Source of the DNA: the human T2T-CHM13v2.0 reference genome, Homo sapiens
DNA: 64,000 bases
Assembly: GCF_009914755.1 (NCBI RefSeq)
Contig: NC_060926.1
Reading direction: 5' to 3' (one strand)
Each line of letters starts with the position of its first letter. The stretch's first letter is position 1. A model generated the notes under the pieces. It was given only the letters and a program-made list of their open reading frames with translations. It searched no databases and was not told where the DNA came from. This document shows, one piece after another, positions 49,761 to 63,860 of this stretch. The position numbers were made by a program, and so were the translations under genes.

Positions 49761-50779
49761 ATGAACAGATCAACAGTACAAAGCAGGACGCTGACGCAGG
49801 CGCACAGACACGCTCGGCTTCCATAGATACTCTCTACGGAGCAGCCTGCGCTGCCTCGGGGCTCATCCCTCAAGAGGGCGACAGACGCGGGGCCGAGAGT
49901 CCTCAAAGAGACCCCCAAAGATCCCGTCTTCCTCTGCTTCCATCCCTCTGCCTTATTTTATTTACCTTTCAAAAAATATGTTTCGAGTGTCCGCTCCCTG
50001 CCACGTCCCACTAATGCCCTAGAATAGATGTGAAACTAAGACACTGAGAATCCAGCAAGCACGCTTAAGGAGACAATCACCCCATAGAACAGTAAACTCT
50101 GGCTGTGACACAAACACGAGCTCAAGGTGCCAGGGGAAGGGGACCACCTGCCTCACCGGCACAGCACAGCTGCCTGCAGCCATCTCCAGGAGCAGAGCTG
50201 GGAGACCTGCCCTTTAAACCGTCCCCGCTGGGGAGCAGCTCCCAGTATCTGGCTGAGTGAGTCCCACATCCCTCTCATGGTTTCTTTCTTCTCTTGCTGT
50301 CATCACCTGCTTATTTGAGAATCATTAAAAAGCTTAAATATCTAGAGCATTTTGATTAAAATCCTATTTCACTATAAAATTATTTAGGAAAGACTGATGT
50401 CATTCTAATATTAAATGTGATTATAAGAACATATTTGGGGAAACGTCCACCTTTCAAAGTTAATTATCAACTTAAATGACTAAAGAATTGAAAAGTGAAA
50501 GAGAAGCAGCCCCCAGGGGGAACACTGGCAGCCAGGGCAGTGCCTGGCTATCACTGGAATGACTCGGATTTACGGCCAGCTGGACAAGGTAGCTTCAGGG
50601 TGCCCTTGAGTCCTCACAGCAATCCCATGGCTCCCACATGCTGCACACTGGACTCACTCAGGATCTTTAATAAGTGCGATGACTTTCCCCATATTTTCAC
50701 ATGGCCAAAATGTGGTTCTTCCTGGACTCCAGATTTTTAAAAGCTCCTCAGCTAGCTCTAAAGAGTGGAACAACTGGGA

Positions 50780-50920
50780 ATCACAAAAGTTTTCATCACC
50801 AGTTTGATTACATCCATGTTAGAAATGAGAAAACGGAATGTGACTAACACACAGGGACGTCCTTGTACCTAACACAGTTAAGTTGGAGAGACGGGATTCA
50901 ATCCAGGGTTTCTGATACCT
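50780..50920 (-). mobile_element. MIR fragment
   Basis: catccatgttagaaatgagaaaacgg...gggattcaatccagggtttctga. Confidence 0.6.
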
Positions 50921-51918
50921 AAGCATGTGCCCTTGGCCATAACGCCTCCAAAAGCGGAGACCCCAGCTGACTTCTCAGGCAGAGCATCAGTGTGCTGATC
51001 AATGAAAACAGGATAGAGGCAGAAAGGGGTTCAGCCCCATGACCTGGTGTTGGTAAAGCCAGAGTAAATGCTGATGTTTTATTACAATTAGCTCTGGCTG
51101 TGTTTGCCAAACCTCAGCTCTTTCCCAGTTTGAATTAACTGGTCCTTTGCCATTTAACTCCTGACTATTCTGGTTGGTCAAACAATGAGAATCTTGCCTT
51201 CGTGTTTAATTCCCTGGTGTGATTTTGGAATCATTTATACCTAAAATCATTTTGCCAGAAAGAGGAAGGAAGAAAAAAGGAAAGAGGAGTTGCCTATGAT
51301 TGAGAGAAATGACAGCTAAGAAGCACGGCAGGCAGCATCGCAGCTGGTGTAAGTCCTTCAGTGGCAGCAGAGTGGACACAGAGCAATGTCCTCACGGTGC
51401 TGGGGTCTCCCGAAAGCCCTGGGCACATGTTCTGGAGGAAAGGAAGGTGGCATTCCTTTGGATTCTCCAGACAGAGCCATCTCATCTGAGGAAGGCAGCT
51501 GCAGAAGATTGGTGTGAAGAGGCCAGGTTGCAGCTTTATGGGGGACACAGGCTGTTCTCAGGGCACTGAGCTCAGGAGGTCTGCACTGTGTCACTCATAC
51601 AGCAGGGCTGGGGGCCAGCACTTCTGCCACCTCTGGGCCTGTGCCCCTCCCAGGGAGAGATGAGGACGCCTTGGAGGAGAATGAATGAACTTCCTCGGCA
51701 GGAGTGACAGGGAGAGACTGGAAAGCAGGATGAGAGGTGCTTACGGTAAAATCAGTTACAAAGAAAATAATCACCAGGTGTACAGGGCAGTGCTGCTGCT
51801 TAAAGGCAGGCATGCAACCTGGGAACCAAAAACAAACCTCGGTCATCTTGTTCGTACCAAGGACTCAGCTGGGGGCACAGCAGGGGAGCACCCACTAAAT
51901 GAGAAATTTCCCAAAGCT

Positions 51919-53726
51919 TGTGAATTAGAAACAAAATCCTAGGCCCTCTTACCCCACTGAAGGTACCCCCTCTTAGCCAAGGAGATCCCAGGAAAACCTT
52001 AAAAACTGAATTCTGGACCATGAAGGTATGGGAAGTCAGACACGCCTCCTTATATCCCCTCCCTTTTGGAGTTTAGACACAACTGACCAGCACTGATGCT
52101 GAAGTAGAGATGGTAGGACTGACAGAAGGGACTCCTTGTGACCATACGATACCAAATTACAAACAGGACCTAAGGCCATATGGGGCAAGGGTTAAGTCAC
52201 CCACCCCTACAGGTCAGTCTGACCCAGCATATTGGTTGACAGACTTCCTTAACTTAAATCATTTCTTTCTAAATCTAGGCAATACCATTCAGGACATAGG
52301 CATGGGCAAAGATTCTATGATGAAATTGCCAAAAGCAATCGCAACAAAAGCCAGAATTGACAAATGGGACCTAATTAAACTAAAGAGCCCTCTACACAGC
52401 AAAAGTAACTATCATCAGAGTGAACAGGCAACCTACAGAATGGGAGAAAATCTTTGCAATCTACCCATCTGACAAGGGTCTAATATCCAGAATGTACAAG
52501 GAACTTAAGCAAATTTACGAGAAAAAAAAAAAAACCATCAAAAAGTGGGCAAAGGACATGAACAGATATTTTCCAAAAGAAGACATTTATGCAGCCAACA
52601 AACTTATGAAAAAAATCTCAACATCACTGATCATTAGAGAAATGCAAATCAAAACCACAATGAAATACCATTTCATGCCAGTCAGAATGGTGACTATTAA
52701 AAAGTCAAGAAACAACAGATGCTGGTGAGGCTGTGGAGAAATAGGAATCCTTTTACACTGTTGGTGGGAGTGTAAATTAGTTCAACCATTGTGGAAGACA
52801 GTGTGGCAATTCCTCAAGAATCTAGAACCAGAAATGCCATTTGACCCAGCAATCCAATTACTGGGTGTATACCCAAAGGAATATAAATCATTCTATTATA
52901 AAGATACATGCATATGTGTATTTACTGCAGCACTACTCACAATGGCAAAGACGTGGAATCAACCCAAATGCTCATCAATAATAGACTGGATAAAGAAAAT
53001 GTGGTACATATATACCATGGAATACTATGCAGCCATAAAAAAGAATGAGATCATGTTCTCTGCAGGGAAATGGATGGAGCTGGAAGCCATTATCCTCAGC
53101 AAACTAATACAGGAGCAGAAAACCAAACACTGCATGTTCTCACTCATAATTGGGAGCTGAACAATGAGGATACTTGGACACAGAGAAGGAAGCATCACAT
53201 GCCAGGGATTGTCAGGCAGGCAGGGGAAAGGAGAGCATCAGGATAAATAGCTAATGCATGCTGGGCTTAATACCTAGGTGATAGGTTGATAGGTGCAGCA
53301 AACCACCATGGCACACGTTTACCTATGTAACAAACCTACACATTCTGCACATGTATCCTGGAACTTAAAATAAAATAAAATTTAAAAATATATATTTCTT
53401 TCTGCTGACTCCAGATTTTTAGGCAGAGCTTTAATGCTTTAACCAGTTGCAAATTATTGAATCCACCTGTAACCTATAAGCCCTACTTCAAGATATCCTG
53501 CCTTTTCTGGCTGAACCAATGTATACCTTCCATGTGTTGATTTATGTATTTGCCTGTAACTCTTGCTTCCCTAAACTGTTTAAAACTAAACTGTAAACTG
53601 TGACTGCTCCAGTCGTACTTTCTATGGACCTCTTGAAACTGTGCTTCTGTTGAGCTATGGTCACACATGTTGGCTCAGAATAAACCTCTTTAAAATTGTT
53701 TACAGAATTTGGATTTACTGTTAACA
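51919..53726 (+). mobile_element. MER4-group (MER4C/MER4CL34-like) ERV1 solo LTR, split by L1
   Basis: TG...CA ends, acaactgaccagca, ggcaagggttaagtcac, ttggctcagaataaacctcttt; perfect 4-bp TSD AGCT (51915-51918, 53727-53730). Confidence 0.85.
52271..53390 (+). mobile_element. 5'-truncated L1 (L1PA10-13-like)
   Basis: ORF2 C-terminal remnants ([33 protein letters not shown]), 3'UTR aaatagctaatgcatgctgggcttaatacc; TSD atttctttct at 52261 and 53394. Confidence 0.93.
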
Positions 53727-55894
53727 AGCTTCCACAAGATTCATCCACTAGGGGAAACTGGTTCAGAATTCTCTCTAATACGACACTGAATGTAATAGAT
53801 ATGTGAGAAGGACAAGCATTACTATAGCTGGGAAGCTAATAACCCTGGTGAGTGCATTCCTCAATATTTAGGTAGCTATTGTATCAGACACCTGCAAAAT
53901 GACACTTCTTATTCAGTGTCTTTATAATTTATGCTATACTTTCAGCCCAATAAAATCAGGTATATTGGGCTTCAACATCTGGTGATAAGTCAGCATCTGG
54001 CGTTACTAAGTATACATGCATCCACAGACATCCGTATACTCATATATCCATGTGTGTGGTTATGTCTGTACCTATACATATGTATAAACTTATTTCCAGT
54101 TGGCATCTGGCAACAACTTGCCTGATGGTCTGTGCTTGGGCCTTGTGATATTGGTCTATGCACATCATGTGTGCGTGATGAAGAATGTGATCTACTTTCC
54201 CTTTTTTTCTAAGCATCAGTTGCAGTTCATTTAATAATCATAAAATTAATAACCACAATCAGCCTTTGTCTTGCTAAGTGATGTAGACATTCACTTTTAA
54301 GCCATCTGCACTGCTCAGTCCCCATGGTCTGAAATTGCATTCTCACATAGAAAAGTCTAGTTTCACGGCGATAATGGGAGCTCGGGAGAGGGAGGTGTTT
54401 CTTGCTAGAGGAAGCAGGAGCCTGAGTAGAAAGGAGCAGGAGTCCATTCCAGACCTGCCATGTCCATGGGCCACATGGAGGAAACCCACTTGAGAAGCGA
54501 TCTGGAGGATTAGTGGGGAGAGTCGCAGGTGGAGGGCAAAGCAGCAGTGTTCACGCTGATGAAACCAGGGTGTGGCTTGGACACAAGCTCCCGGAAGGGG
54601 GGTGTGGATCAAGGTGGATTCTGAAGGTCTGAGTTACAGAGCGAATTGATGGGACTCATCACAGTGGCCGTACTTGCAGCTGGAGCCAAAGTTACATGGT
54701 TTCCAGGAAAACACAGGTTTTCACACTAAACTCCTTTTCCACTTTGAAAACTAAAGCAACTTAATCACGAGCAGAGGACGGAATTGGTCACATGGTGCCC
54801 ATGCCTTTGTCATGGAATATACACGCACAGCAGGAGGAGCTGGAGGAGCCGGGAGAACATGGAGCCGGGGGCCCCCGTGTGGCACCAGCTGCCCCTTCTC
54901 ACCTCCAGGCAAGGTCCTTCGCATCTTTGATTCTCAGATTTTTGTTGTTATTGTTTTGTTTTTTTGTTTTGTTGTGTTTTTTATTTCACTGCGAGCAAGG
55001 ATTTGGATTGAATTTAGAAAAAAGCTTTTGGTCTAAAATTTTGATTATATAAAATTATCTACAATTCAACTTGTGAAAGTTATAGTCACACCTTTTCTGC
55101 CATTGACCACTCCGCTGTCGAACTGCTTGGGTCACGTGGATCTGGTGATCAGTTCTCTTTCAGCGTATCCCCTTCGCACAGCTGCAAACGTGGCTGCGGA
55201 TCAGAATCACTATCAAATGCAGATGCAGGAGCCCATCTCTAGAGCTTCCGGTTGAGTCAGTCTGAGATACGTCCGAGACTCCTGCACAGCTCCACATTTT
55301 ATTCCAAATCGTCAGAGAGGGTGTTTTCTCAGCAGGGAAAGACAATGGCAGAGCAGGAAGGGACAAAAGAACCCAGATGATGAATCTGGCCGGCCTGTCC
55401 ACCTCCTGGCAATGTGGACTAGGCTGGGCACTTGAGACTTTCTGGCTCTCTGTGTCTTCACTGGAGAACAAGGGTGACGAAGCCTGCTTTCAGAGCGAGA
55501 TGAGGACTGGTAATAATGCATGAGATGCATCTGGCCACAGTGAATGCTCAGTATTTTTAGTGATTATTTTTCTAGTACTGACTCTTTCCCTCATCTCTGA
55601 GGGCAGATGTTCCTGCCTTTTGCTGGCTACTTAAATCACAATAACCTGATTTTATTTGGGATATTTTCAGAAGGTGAGAGAAGAGAAATTTAGAATGCAG
55701 ACTCTACGCTCAATCCTTTTTATTCTTTGCTCAAAGCTGCCCACAAAATCCCTGCTTGATCTTTGGATCATTTACAACAGAGGCTTAAAAGGAGATGATC
55801 ATAATCCGATGAGGGGCAGGAGGAGTGCGTGGCTGAGAAAGTGCAGAACAATGGCTGGTATTTTAAAAAGGCTGCACAATCTTTTGTTGCATAG

Positions 55895-55923
55895 TGTGTG
55901 TGTGTGTCTGTGTGTGTGTGTGT
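55895..55923. repeat. Interrupted (TG)n microsatellite
   Basis: Directly visible. Confidence 0.9.
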
Positions 55924-56145
55924 TCTTGAATATGTTTGCACAAGAAGCATGAGCTTCAGCTTTATAACACTTGAATTCAAACCCTGACCCGACCTCTCAC
56001 TAGCAGCGTGAAATAGAGCAGACAGCACACCTGCCTGGGCTCCAGCTAGATAGGATTAGCTAAGATAATGAGTAGGAGAGTGCCTCTCACAAACCAGGCC
56101 TTCATGAGCTCGGCACATTTAATTTTACTTCATTAAAAATTAAAG

Positions 56146-56450
<305 letters not shown>

Positions 56451-57217
56451 TCAGCCCATGGAGGGTCTCTTTATAGCCTAAGCATCACGTTTGATACACA
56501 GATTTTAATTTTTTAAAGGCAGAAGGAAGAGAATCTTCCGCCAAAGCACCTGAGGTTCTTGGCTATTGGGGTCTGCCATGGGCCCCAGGTCAGATAAGAA
56601 CTCTTGGCTACAGCTTTCGGTGGGTACTGGGCCCATCCCATTGGTATCCACATCAGAAAGAGACTCTTGGGCCTCAGGATTCACCCAAGTGTGGTCTTTT
56701 AGCTACTGGGAGTCCCCAGGCTACTGCCCCCTTTCTCAGGGTTTCTCTTACCCCAGCTCACCACAGCTGAGGCTGCCAACCCATTAATAGGAAGATGTCC
56801 AGGGGGAAACTGGGGTCCAGCTCTTCTTGTCCCCTTGAAGATTTGAATCTTGTCCCAAGATTTCGGTCTGAAAAGCTACTTGCTAGCTGTGTGATCTCAC
56901 ATCTGCCAAAGAAGGGCTGAGATGCACAGGGCCTGGCCAATCTGCAGTCCCATGATTCTTAAAGAGGGACTCAGCAATGGGTGAGTGCTGTCCAGGGTCA
57001 CCCAGGAATTTTGTTGTAACTTTGTGGATAAAATGCAGCCTGTGGGTACTAGCCTGAAGGTCACAGCATTGCATTACTGTCATTCTGTCTGGACGTTATG
57101 TGTTCATGGCTCAAGCCTGTAACATTTCTTGCATCCATCTGGAGTTTCCACAGTACCTTGGACCGCAGTTTCCAGCCTGAGATTCACCTGTGGTGGTAAA
57201 CCCTCATCGTGACATGC

Positions 57218-57727
57218 TGTGAAGGCCAAAGCGACTCCATCTTGGACATGAGGCCAAAGTGACTCCCTCTCAGATGAGAGGCCAAGCAACTCCATCTTGG
57301 ACAGGAGGCCAAAGCAACTCCATCTTGAATGGGAGGCTAAAGCAACTCCATCTTGGAAGCTAATCTGCCATGTTGACTTCTGATTAACCTCAGTTCTGGG
57401 AAGGCCTTTGAGATTTCCAGTTAATCTGTGGTCCCTTGTGGAAGGGCAGATACTTAAATCCTGCCCTTGAGGCAAATTCTTACCCATTCCTGCTAAAGAA
57501 CACTGTGTCTGTGTCCCTCCTCTGAGGTATATAATCTTAGGGTCTGGGTGATGATGGCGTGAGGATCCACCATCTTGTCTTGTCCTGTCCAGGACACAGA
57601 CATAGCTTCTGTTTGTAAGTCTCCATTAAATGTTTCTTTCTAAGAAACTGGATTTGGCAGCCTCTTTCTTTGAGCTCTCAGCTTTCTTGGACTTTGGGGC
57701 TGGTCTCCATGGGCCCACCTTGTTTCA
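57218..57727 (+). mobile_element. MER31-like ERV1 LTR with 5x28-bp amplification at its 5' end
   Basis: ctccatcttggaagctaatctgccatgttgacttctgattaacc; TATA-like gtatataat ~57527; attaaa ~57625; family from memory, TSD not found. Confidence 0.75.
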
Positions 57728-59016
57728 TCTTTCAGTGAGAACCAGGGTGGGCCATAGCAAGTTTACCTCAGCAGGCCTGGTTTTAACTTTCCTAACTTTC
57801 CCACAAACATATCTTCATCTCTAATAGAGATGTGTGCATTTCATCATTTTAATAATTTAGTTCTGAAATGATTTATGGCCGGCATGTTAATTACGAATAC
57901 ATACATTACCATTTTTACAGTATATTTGGATATGGATCAGCAGAGAAGGAACCGTTACCCTATTGTTTTCATTTATCACTTGTGCTCAGTTCTGCCTATT
58001 TGTATAACAGAAGCTGGTTCCAAACAGTGAGGATTAACCCAAACATTCCTCAAAGCCCCTTTGATTTCATTGAATGTACAGAATGTCAAGCTTCCGTCTA
58101 AAAATCGTATCTTGCTAATAAGCCTTGACAGAGCCATCCCCAATTTCCCTCCAAAATGCTATGAAAATAGAGAAAAAAAGTAACAAATCACACATAGGTT
58201 GCCAAGGAAGCCTTACCACCCCGCCTAGTTCCATAGGTGGAGAGGGATTTGCAATTATTAAAAAGACAGTGGAAATTTAGTGGAAAAAATAAATAAATAC
58301 TTCAAATAGTAACAATTCCATCTCATCTCAGCCCCTTTCCCTGCCCCCAACCCCACCCCTGCCCCATTTTTGCCAACACCTAGGGCTCCTTCAAAGTGAC
58401 ACTCAAATGCCCTCATTCCTGGAGCAGCCCAGGATCCCCCCACTGGCTGTGGCCTTGCCTCCCTCCAAACTCCTGAATCTGCCCCTCTCTTAGCCCCATT
58501 AGCCCTGCCCCCTGGACTACAGTGATGTCTACAGAGAGTGATTGCCCTGCCTCGGCTTACATCCAGCCATGTGCTTCCTCCTGCATGGCCTTGCTCCCAG
58601 GTGTCCCCCTCATCAGCCTTGTCTGCACAGCAGTGCTAGTGACTACTGACCTGCAGGTTGGCTCCAGGGATTAGAGGTGGTTATGTGAAGTGCTAGCACA
58701 ATGTCTGTCAAATTATAAGTATCTGTGAAATATTTGTCAAAATAATTTTTGTTGAAAAACAAAAAAACTGAGAAGGCACAGCCCCCTCCCACCTTTCATG
58801 GGGCTCTTGGGTCTTTGTGGTGTTGGTTTGGGAAATGAGTGAAGCAGAGCTGGAAAAGCCAGAGATTGCCCTTCCTGAGAGAGCCTGAGCCGATACCTGG
58901 GAAAGAGGGTCCTGGGGAGATCTCTCTCTCTCTGTCTCCCCGTCCCCCGCCCTGTGTCATATTTTCAAAATATTTTTCTATGAGCAGAATCTATTTTGCC
59001 TTTCAAGACTACAGTA

Positions 59017-62000
59017 GGGGCTTGGTGGGGCCAGATGGCAGAATAGAAGCCAACACTGTTTGTCCCCCTCACTGGAACACCAAATTTTAACAACTATCTG
59101 CATGTAGAAAAGCACCATCAGCCGAACCAAAAATCATGTGAGCAATGACAGTACCTGGTTTTGTCTTCATGTCACTGAAATAAGCATTGAAGAGGGCAGG
59201 AGAGAGAGTCTTGAATCACCAGTGCCACCCCTCCCCCATCTCCTGGCAGTGGCCTTGCAGCTCAGAAAGTCTGCACACTTTTGAGAGGGAGAGCACTGGG
59301 GGATGTTACATTGAACTCAGTACTGCCCTGTCACAGCAGAGAATGAAACCATGCTGGGCTCAGACCCCACCAGCACATGGAGGGGGCATTTGGACCATCC
59401 CTAGCCAGAGGGGAATCACCCATCCCAGTGGTCAGAACTTGAGTTTCTAGGCAAGCCTTGCAACTGCAGGCTGAAGTGCTCTGGGGTCCTAGGTAAACTT
59501 GAAAGGGAGTCTAGGAAAAAAGGACTGCAATCCCTAGGCAACTCCTAGTGGTAAGCTGGGCTCAGAGCCAGAGGACTAGGATGGCATGTGTTCTAGAAAA
59601 ACACCAGCTGGGGTGGCTAGGAAAGGCTTGTCCCATTCCTCCCCCAGCCCCTGGCAGCACAGCTCAAAGCAATGAAAGTGTCTCCTTCCCTCTGCTTAAG
59701 GAGAGTAGAGTAAAAAGTAAGGACGATTTTGCCTTGCATCGTGGATGCCAGCTCAGCCGCAGTAGGAAAGAGCAGCAGGCAGTCATGAGCCCCAAGTCCA
59801 GGCTCTAGCTCCCAGATGACATTTCTAGACACGCCCTGGACCAAATGAAAGCCCACTGCCTTGAAGGTGAGAACCAAGTCCTGGCAGCATTCATCACCTG
59901 CTGACTAAAGAGCCCTTGGGCCCCGAATAGCCAGCAGCAATACCCAGGGAGTACTCCAGGGGCCTTGGTCTCTGAGACGTGCTTGCTTCAGGGGCGACCC
60001 TGCACATTCTCAGCTGTGGTGCATGTGGTGAAAGACCCCTTCTGTTTGAGAAGAGCAGAGGGAAAAGTAAACGGGATTTTGTCTTGCACTTTAGGAACCA
60101 GCTCAGCCACAGTGGCATAGAACACCAAGCGGGCTTTTGGGGGTCACCATTCCAGGACTTGGCTCTTGGGGTGACTGAGTCCAGGTCTAGGATCTTGGAC
60201 AGCATTTCTGGACCTCCCCTAAGCCAGAGAGAAGCCTTATGTTCTGAAGGGTGAGTTCCAGGCCTGGCAGCAATCACACCACAAGCTGACAGAAGAGGCA
60301 TCACCATCAGTCAACATTGGTAGTGGCTAGGCAAAAACCCCTGGGGACAAGTGGTAGTGGTGGCCACAAGGATAGGCTCCTCTGCCTACAGAAAGGGGAG
60401 AGAAGAGCCAGAAGGACTTCATATTGTGCTTTTAGTGCCAGCTTTGCAGAAGTAGAATAGAACATGAGATAAATTCCTAAGGTTTTTTACTCTAATCCCT
60501 GGCTCACAGACAGCATCTTTGGACATGCATGCAGCCTGGGGAAACTCACCACCCCGAAGAGAAGGGCCTTGGTCAAGGCCCAGGGCTGTGCTGGCTTTAG
60601 GTCTGACCCAGTGCAGTTCCAGTGGTGGTGGCCACAGGGGTTCTTGCATAACCACAGCCCCAGTTCCAGGTGGCTCAACACAGAGAGAGACACTTTGGGA
60701 GAAAGAAAGGGAAAAGAACAAGATCCTCTGCCTGGTAATCCAGAGAATTCTTCTGGATCTTATCCAAGACCACCAAGGTGGGATCCCTATGAGTCTTCAA
60801 AAAGCATAGTGTTATTGGTCTTGGGGCCCAATCCCTTCCAATACCTGGAAAGCATTCCCAAGGACAGCCACAAATAAGTCCAGACTGCAAATACCACCAT
60901 AAATTTCTAACTCTTCAATGCCCAGAAATCAACAAACACCTGCAAGCTTCAACACCATGCAGGAAAACAGGACCTCACCAAATGAAGTAAATAAGGCACC
61001 AGAGACTAATCATGAGAAACAGAGATATGTGACCAATTAGACAGAGAAGTCAACATAGCTGTTTTGAGGAAACTCAAAAAATTCAAGGTAACACAGAGAT
61101 GGAATTCAGGATTCTATAAGATAAATTTAACAAAGAGATTGAAACAATTAGGAAGAATCAAGTCAAAATTCTAGAGCTAAAAATGCAATTGACATGCTGA
61201 AGAATGCATCAGAGTCTCTTAATTAGCAGAATTGATCAAGCACAGGAAAGAATTAGTGACTTGAAGACAGGCTATTTGAAAGTGCACAGTCAGAGGGGAC
61301 AAAATAATGAGAAACAATGAAGCACACCTACAAGATTTAGAAAATTGCCTCAAAAGGGCAAATCTTAGAGTTATTGGCCTTAAAGAGGAGGTAGAGAAAA
61401 ACATAGAGGTAGAAAATTTATTCAAATAAATAGTAACAGAGGACTTCCCAAACCTAGAGAATGATATTGACATTCAAGTACAAGGTTTTAGAATGCCAAG
61501 CAGATTTAATCCAAAGAAGCCTACCTCAAAGTATTTAAAAATCAAACTCCCAAAGGTAAAGAACAAAGAAAGAATCCTAAAAACAGCAAGAGAAAAGGAT
61601 TGAATAACATAAAATGGAGCTCCAATCCATCTGGCAGCAGACTTTTCAGTGGACACCTTACAGGCCAGGAGAGAGCGGCTTGAAATATTTAAAGTGCTGA
61701 AGGAAAAAAAATCAAACTTTTACCCAAGAATAGTATAGCCAGGGAAAATATCATTTAAGCATGAAGGAGAAATAAATATCTTCCCAAACAAAAGCTGGGA
61801 GATTTCATCAACACCAGACCTGTCCTACAAGACATGCTAAAGGGAAGTTTTCAATCTGAAAGAAAAGGATGTTAATGAGCAATGATAAATCATCTGAAGG
61901 TACGAAACTCAGTGGTCATTGTAATTACACAGAAAACCACAGAAAAATATAATACTGTAATTGTGGTATATAACCTAGTCTTATCTTAAGTAGAACTAAA

Positions 62001-63860
62001 TAATAAACCAATAAAAAAACTACAACAACTTTTCAAGACTTACACAATACAGTAAAACATAAAGATAAACAACTAAAAGTTTAAAAGTAGGGGGATGAAG
62101 TTAAAGTGTAGACTCTGTTAGTTTTATTTTTGTGAGTTTGTGCAATCAGTGTTAAGTTGTCAGTATAAAATAATGGGTTATGATAGTATTTGCAAACCTC
62201 AAATCAAAAAAAACATTTAACAGATACACAAAAAGTACAAAGCAAGAAATTAAAGCATTCCATCAGAGAAAATCACCATCACAAAAAGGACGACTGGAAG
62301 GAAGAAATGGACCATTGAATGTAAATGGACTAAACTCTCTTATCAAAAGCCATAGAGTGGCTGAATGAATGAAAAAACAAGACCCAATATTCTGTTGCCT
62401 GCAAGAAACACACTTCACCTATAGAGATATACATAGACTGAAAATAAAGGGATGGAAAAAGATATTCCATGCCAATAAAACCAAAAAAGAGCAGGAGTAG
62501 CTACACTTATATCAGACAAAATAGATTTCAAGACAAAAACTGTAAGAAGAGACAAAGCCATTTTACAATGATAAAATAATCAGTTCAGCAACAGGATATA
62601 ATGATTGTAAATATATATGTACCCCAACACTGGAGCACCCAGATATGTAAAGCATAAAAAAGAGATAGACCCCAATAGAATAATAGCTGGAGACTTCAAC
62701 ATCCCATTTTCAACACTGAACAGATCTCCCAGTCAGAGTATCAAGAAACATTGGAATTAATTTGCACTATAGACCAAATGGACTTAATAGATTTTTAAAG
62801 GGATTTTTTAAAAATTATACTTTAAGTTCTAGGGTATATGTGCACCAACGTGCAGGTTTGTTACATAGGTATACATGTGCCATGATGGTTTGCTGCACCC
62901 ATCAACTCATCATTTACATTAGGTATTTCTCCTATATTTACAGAAAATTTTATCCAATGGCTGCAAAATATGCATTCTTCTCCTGAGCACATAGATCATT
63001 CTCAAGGACAGACCATATGTTAGGTCACAAAACAAGTCTTGAAACATTAAAAAATCCTGAAGTAATATCAATCATCTTCTCTGACCACAATGAAATAAAA
63101 CTAGAAAGTAATAACAAGATGAATTTTGTAAACTATATAAACACATGGAAATTAAACAATATACTCCTGAATAAAAAGTGGATAAATGAAGGAATTAAAA
63201 AAGAAATTGAACATTTTTTGAAACAAATTATAATGAAAACAGAACATACCAAAACCTAGGGGTACAGTGAAAGCAGTACTAAAAAGGGAATTTATAGCTG
63301 TAAGTGCCTACAAAAAAAAGAAGAAAAATTCAAATAAATAAGCTAATGATGCATCTTAAAGAACTAGAAAATTAGGCACAAACCAAACAAAAATTAGTAG
63401 AATAAAAGAAATAATAAAAATCAGAGAAGAAATAAATTTGAAATGAAGAAAACAACTAAAAAGATCAATAAAACAAAAAAATTGTTATTTTGAAAATGTA
63501 AACAAAATGGACAAACTTTTAGCCAGACTGTAAGAAAAAAAAGGAAGACCCAAATAAATAAAATCAGAGATGAAAAGAGAGACATTACAACTGACACCAC
63601 AGAAATTCAAAAGATCATTAGTGACTATTATGAGCAACTATATACCAATAAATTAGAAAATCTAGAAGAAATTGATAAATTCCTAGATATATACAACCTA
63701 CCAAGACTGAACCATGAAGAAATCCAAAACCTGAACAGACCCATAACAAGTAATAAAATTGAAGCCATAATAAAAAAAAAAGTCTCCCAGTAAAGGAAAG
63801 CCCAGGACCTGATGACTTCACTGCTGATTTCTACCAAAGCTTAAAAGAATAATTAATACC
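59017..63860 (+). mobile_element. L1M1/L1MA1-3-like element: 5'UTR, decayed ORF1, 5' part of ORF2
   Basis: 5' end ccagatggcagaatagaag; ORF1 remnant ~60918-61875 (ctggcagcagacttttcagtgg); endonuclease motif LNVNGLNS ~62315; many stops; interrupted by an Alu at the window edge. Confidence 0.88.
62792..62934 (-). mobile_element. Short L1PA6/7-like 3' end inserted antisense in older L1
   Basis: attatactttaagttctaggg...ggtttgctgcacccatcaac...ttaggtatttctccta; host ORF2 resumes afterwards. Confidence 0.88.

Noticed and set aside
48274-49826. ORFs of 300-434 aa on both strands
   Set aside because: Produced by a stop-poor 39-bp (multiple of 3) repeat; overlapping frames are open and the peptides are periodic.
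60918-63860. Functional L1 ORF1/ORF2
   Set aside because: Multiple stops, frameshifts, an apparent deletion at the ORF2 start and nested insertions.
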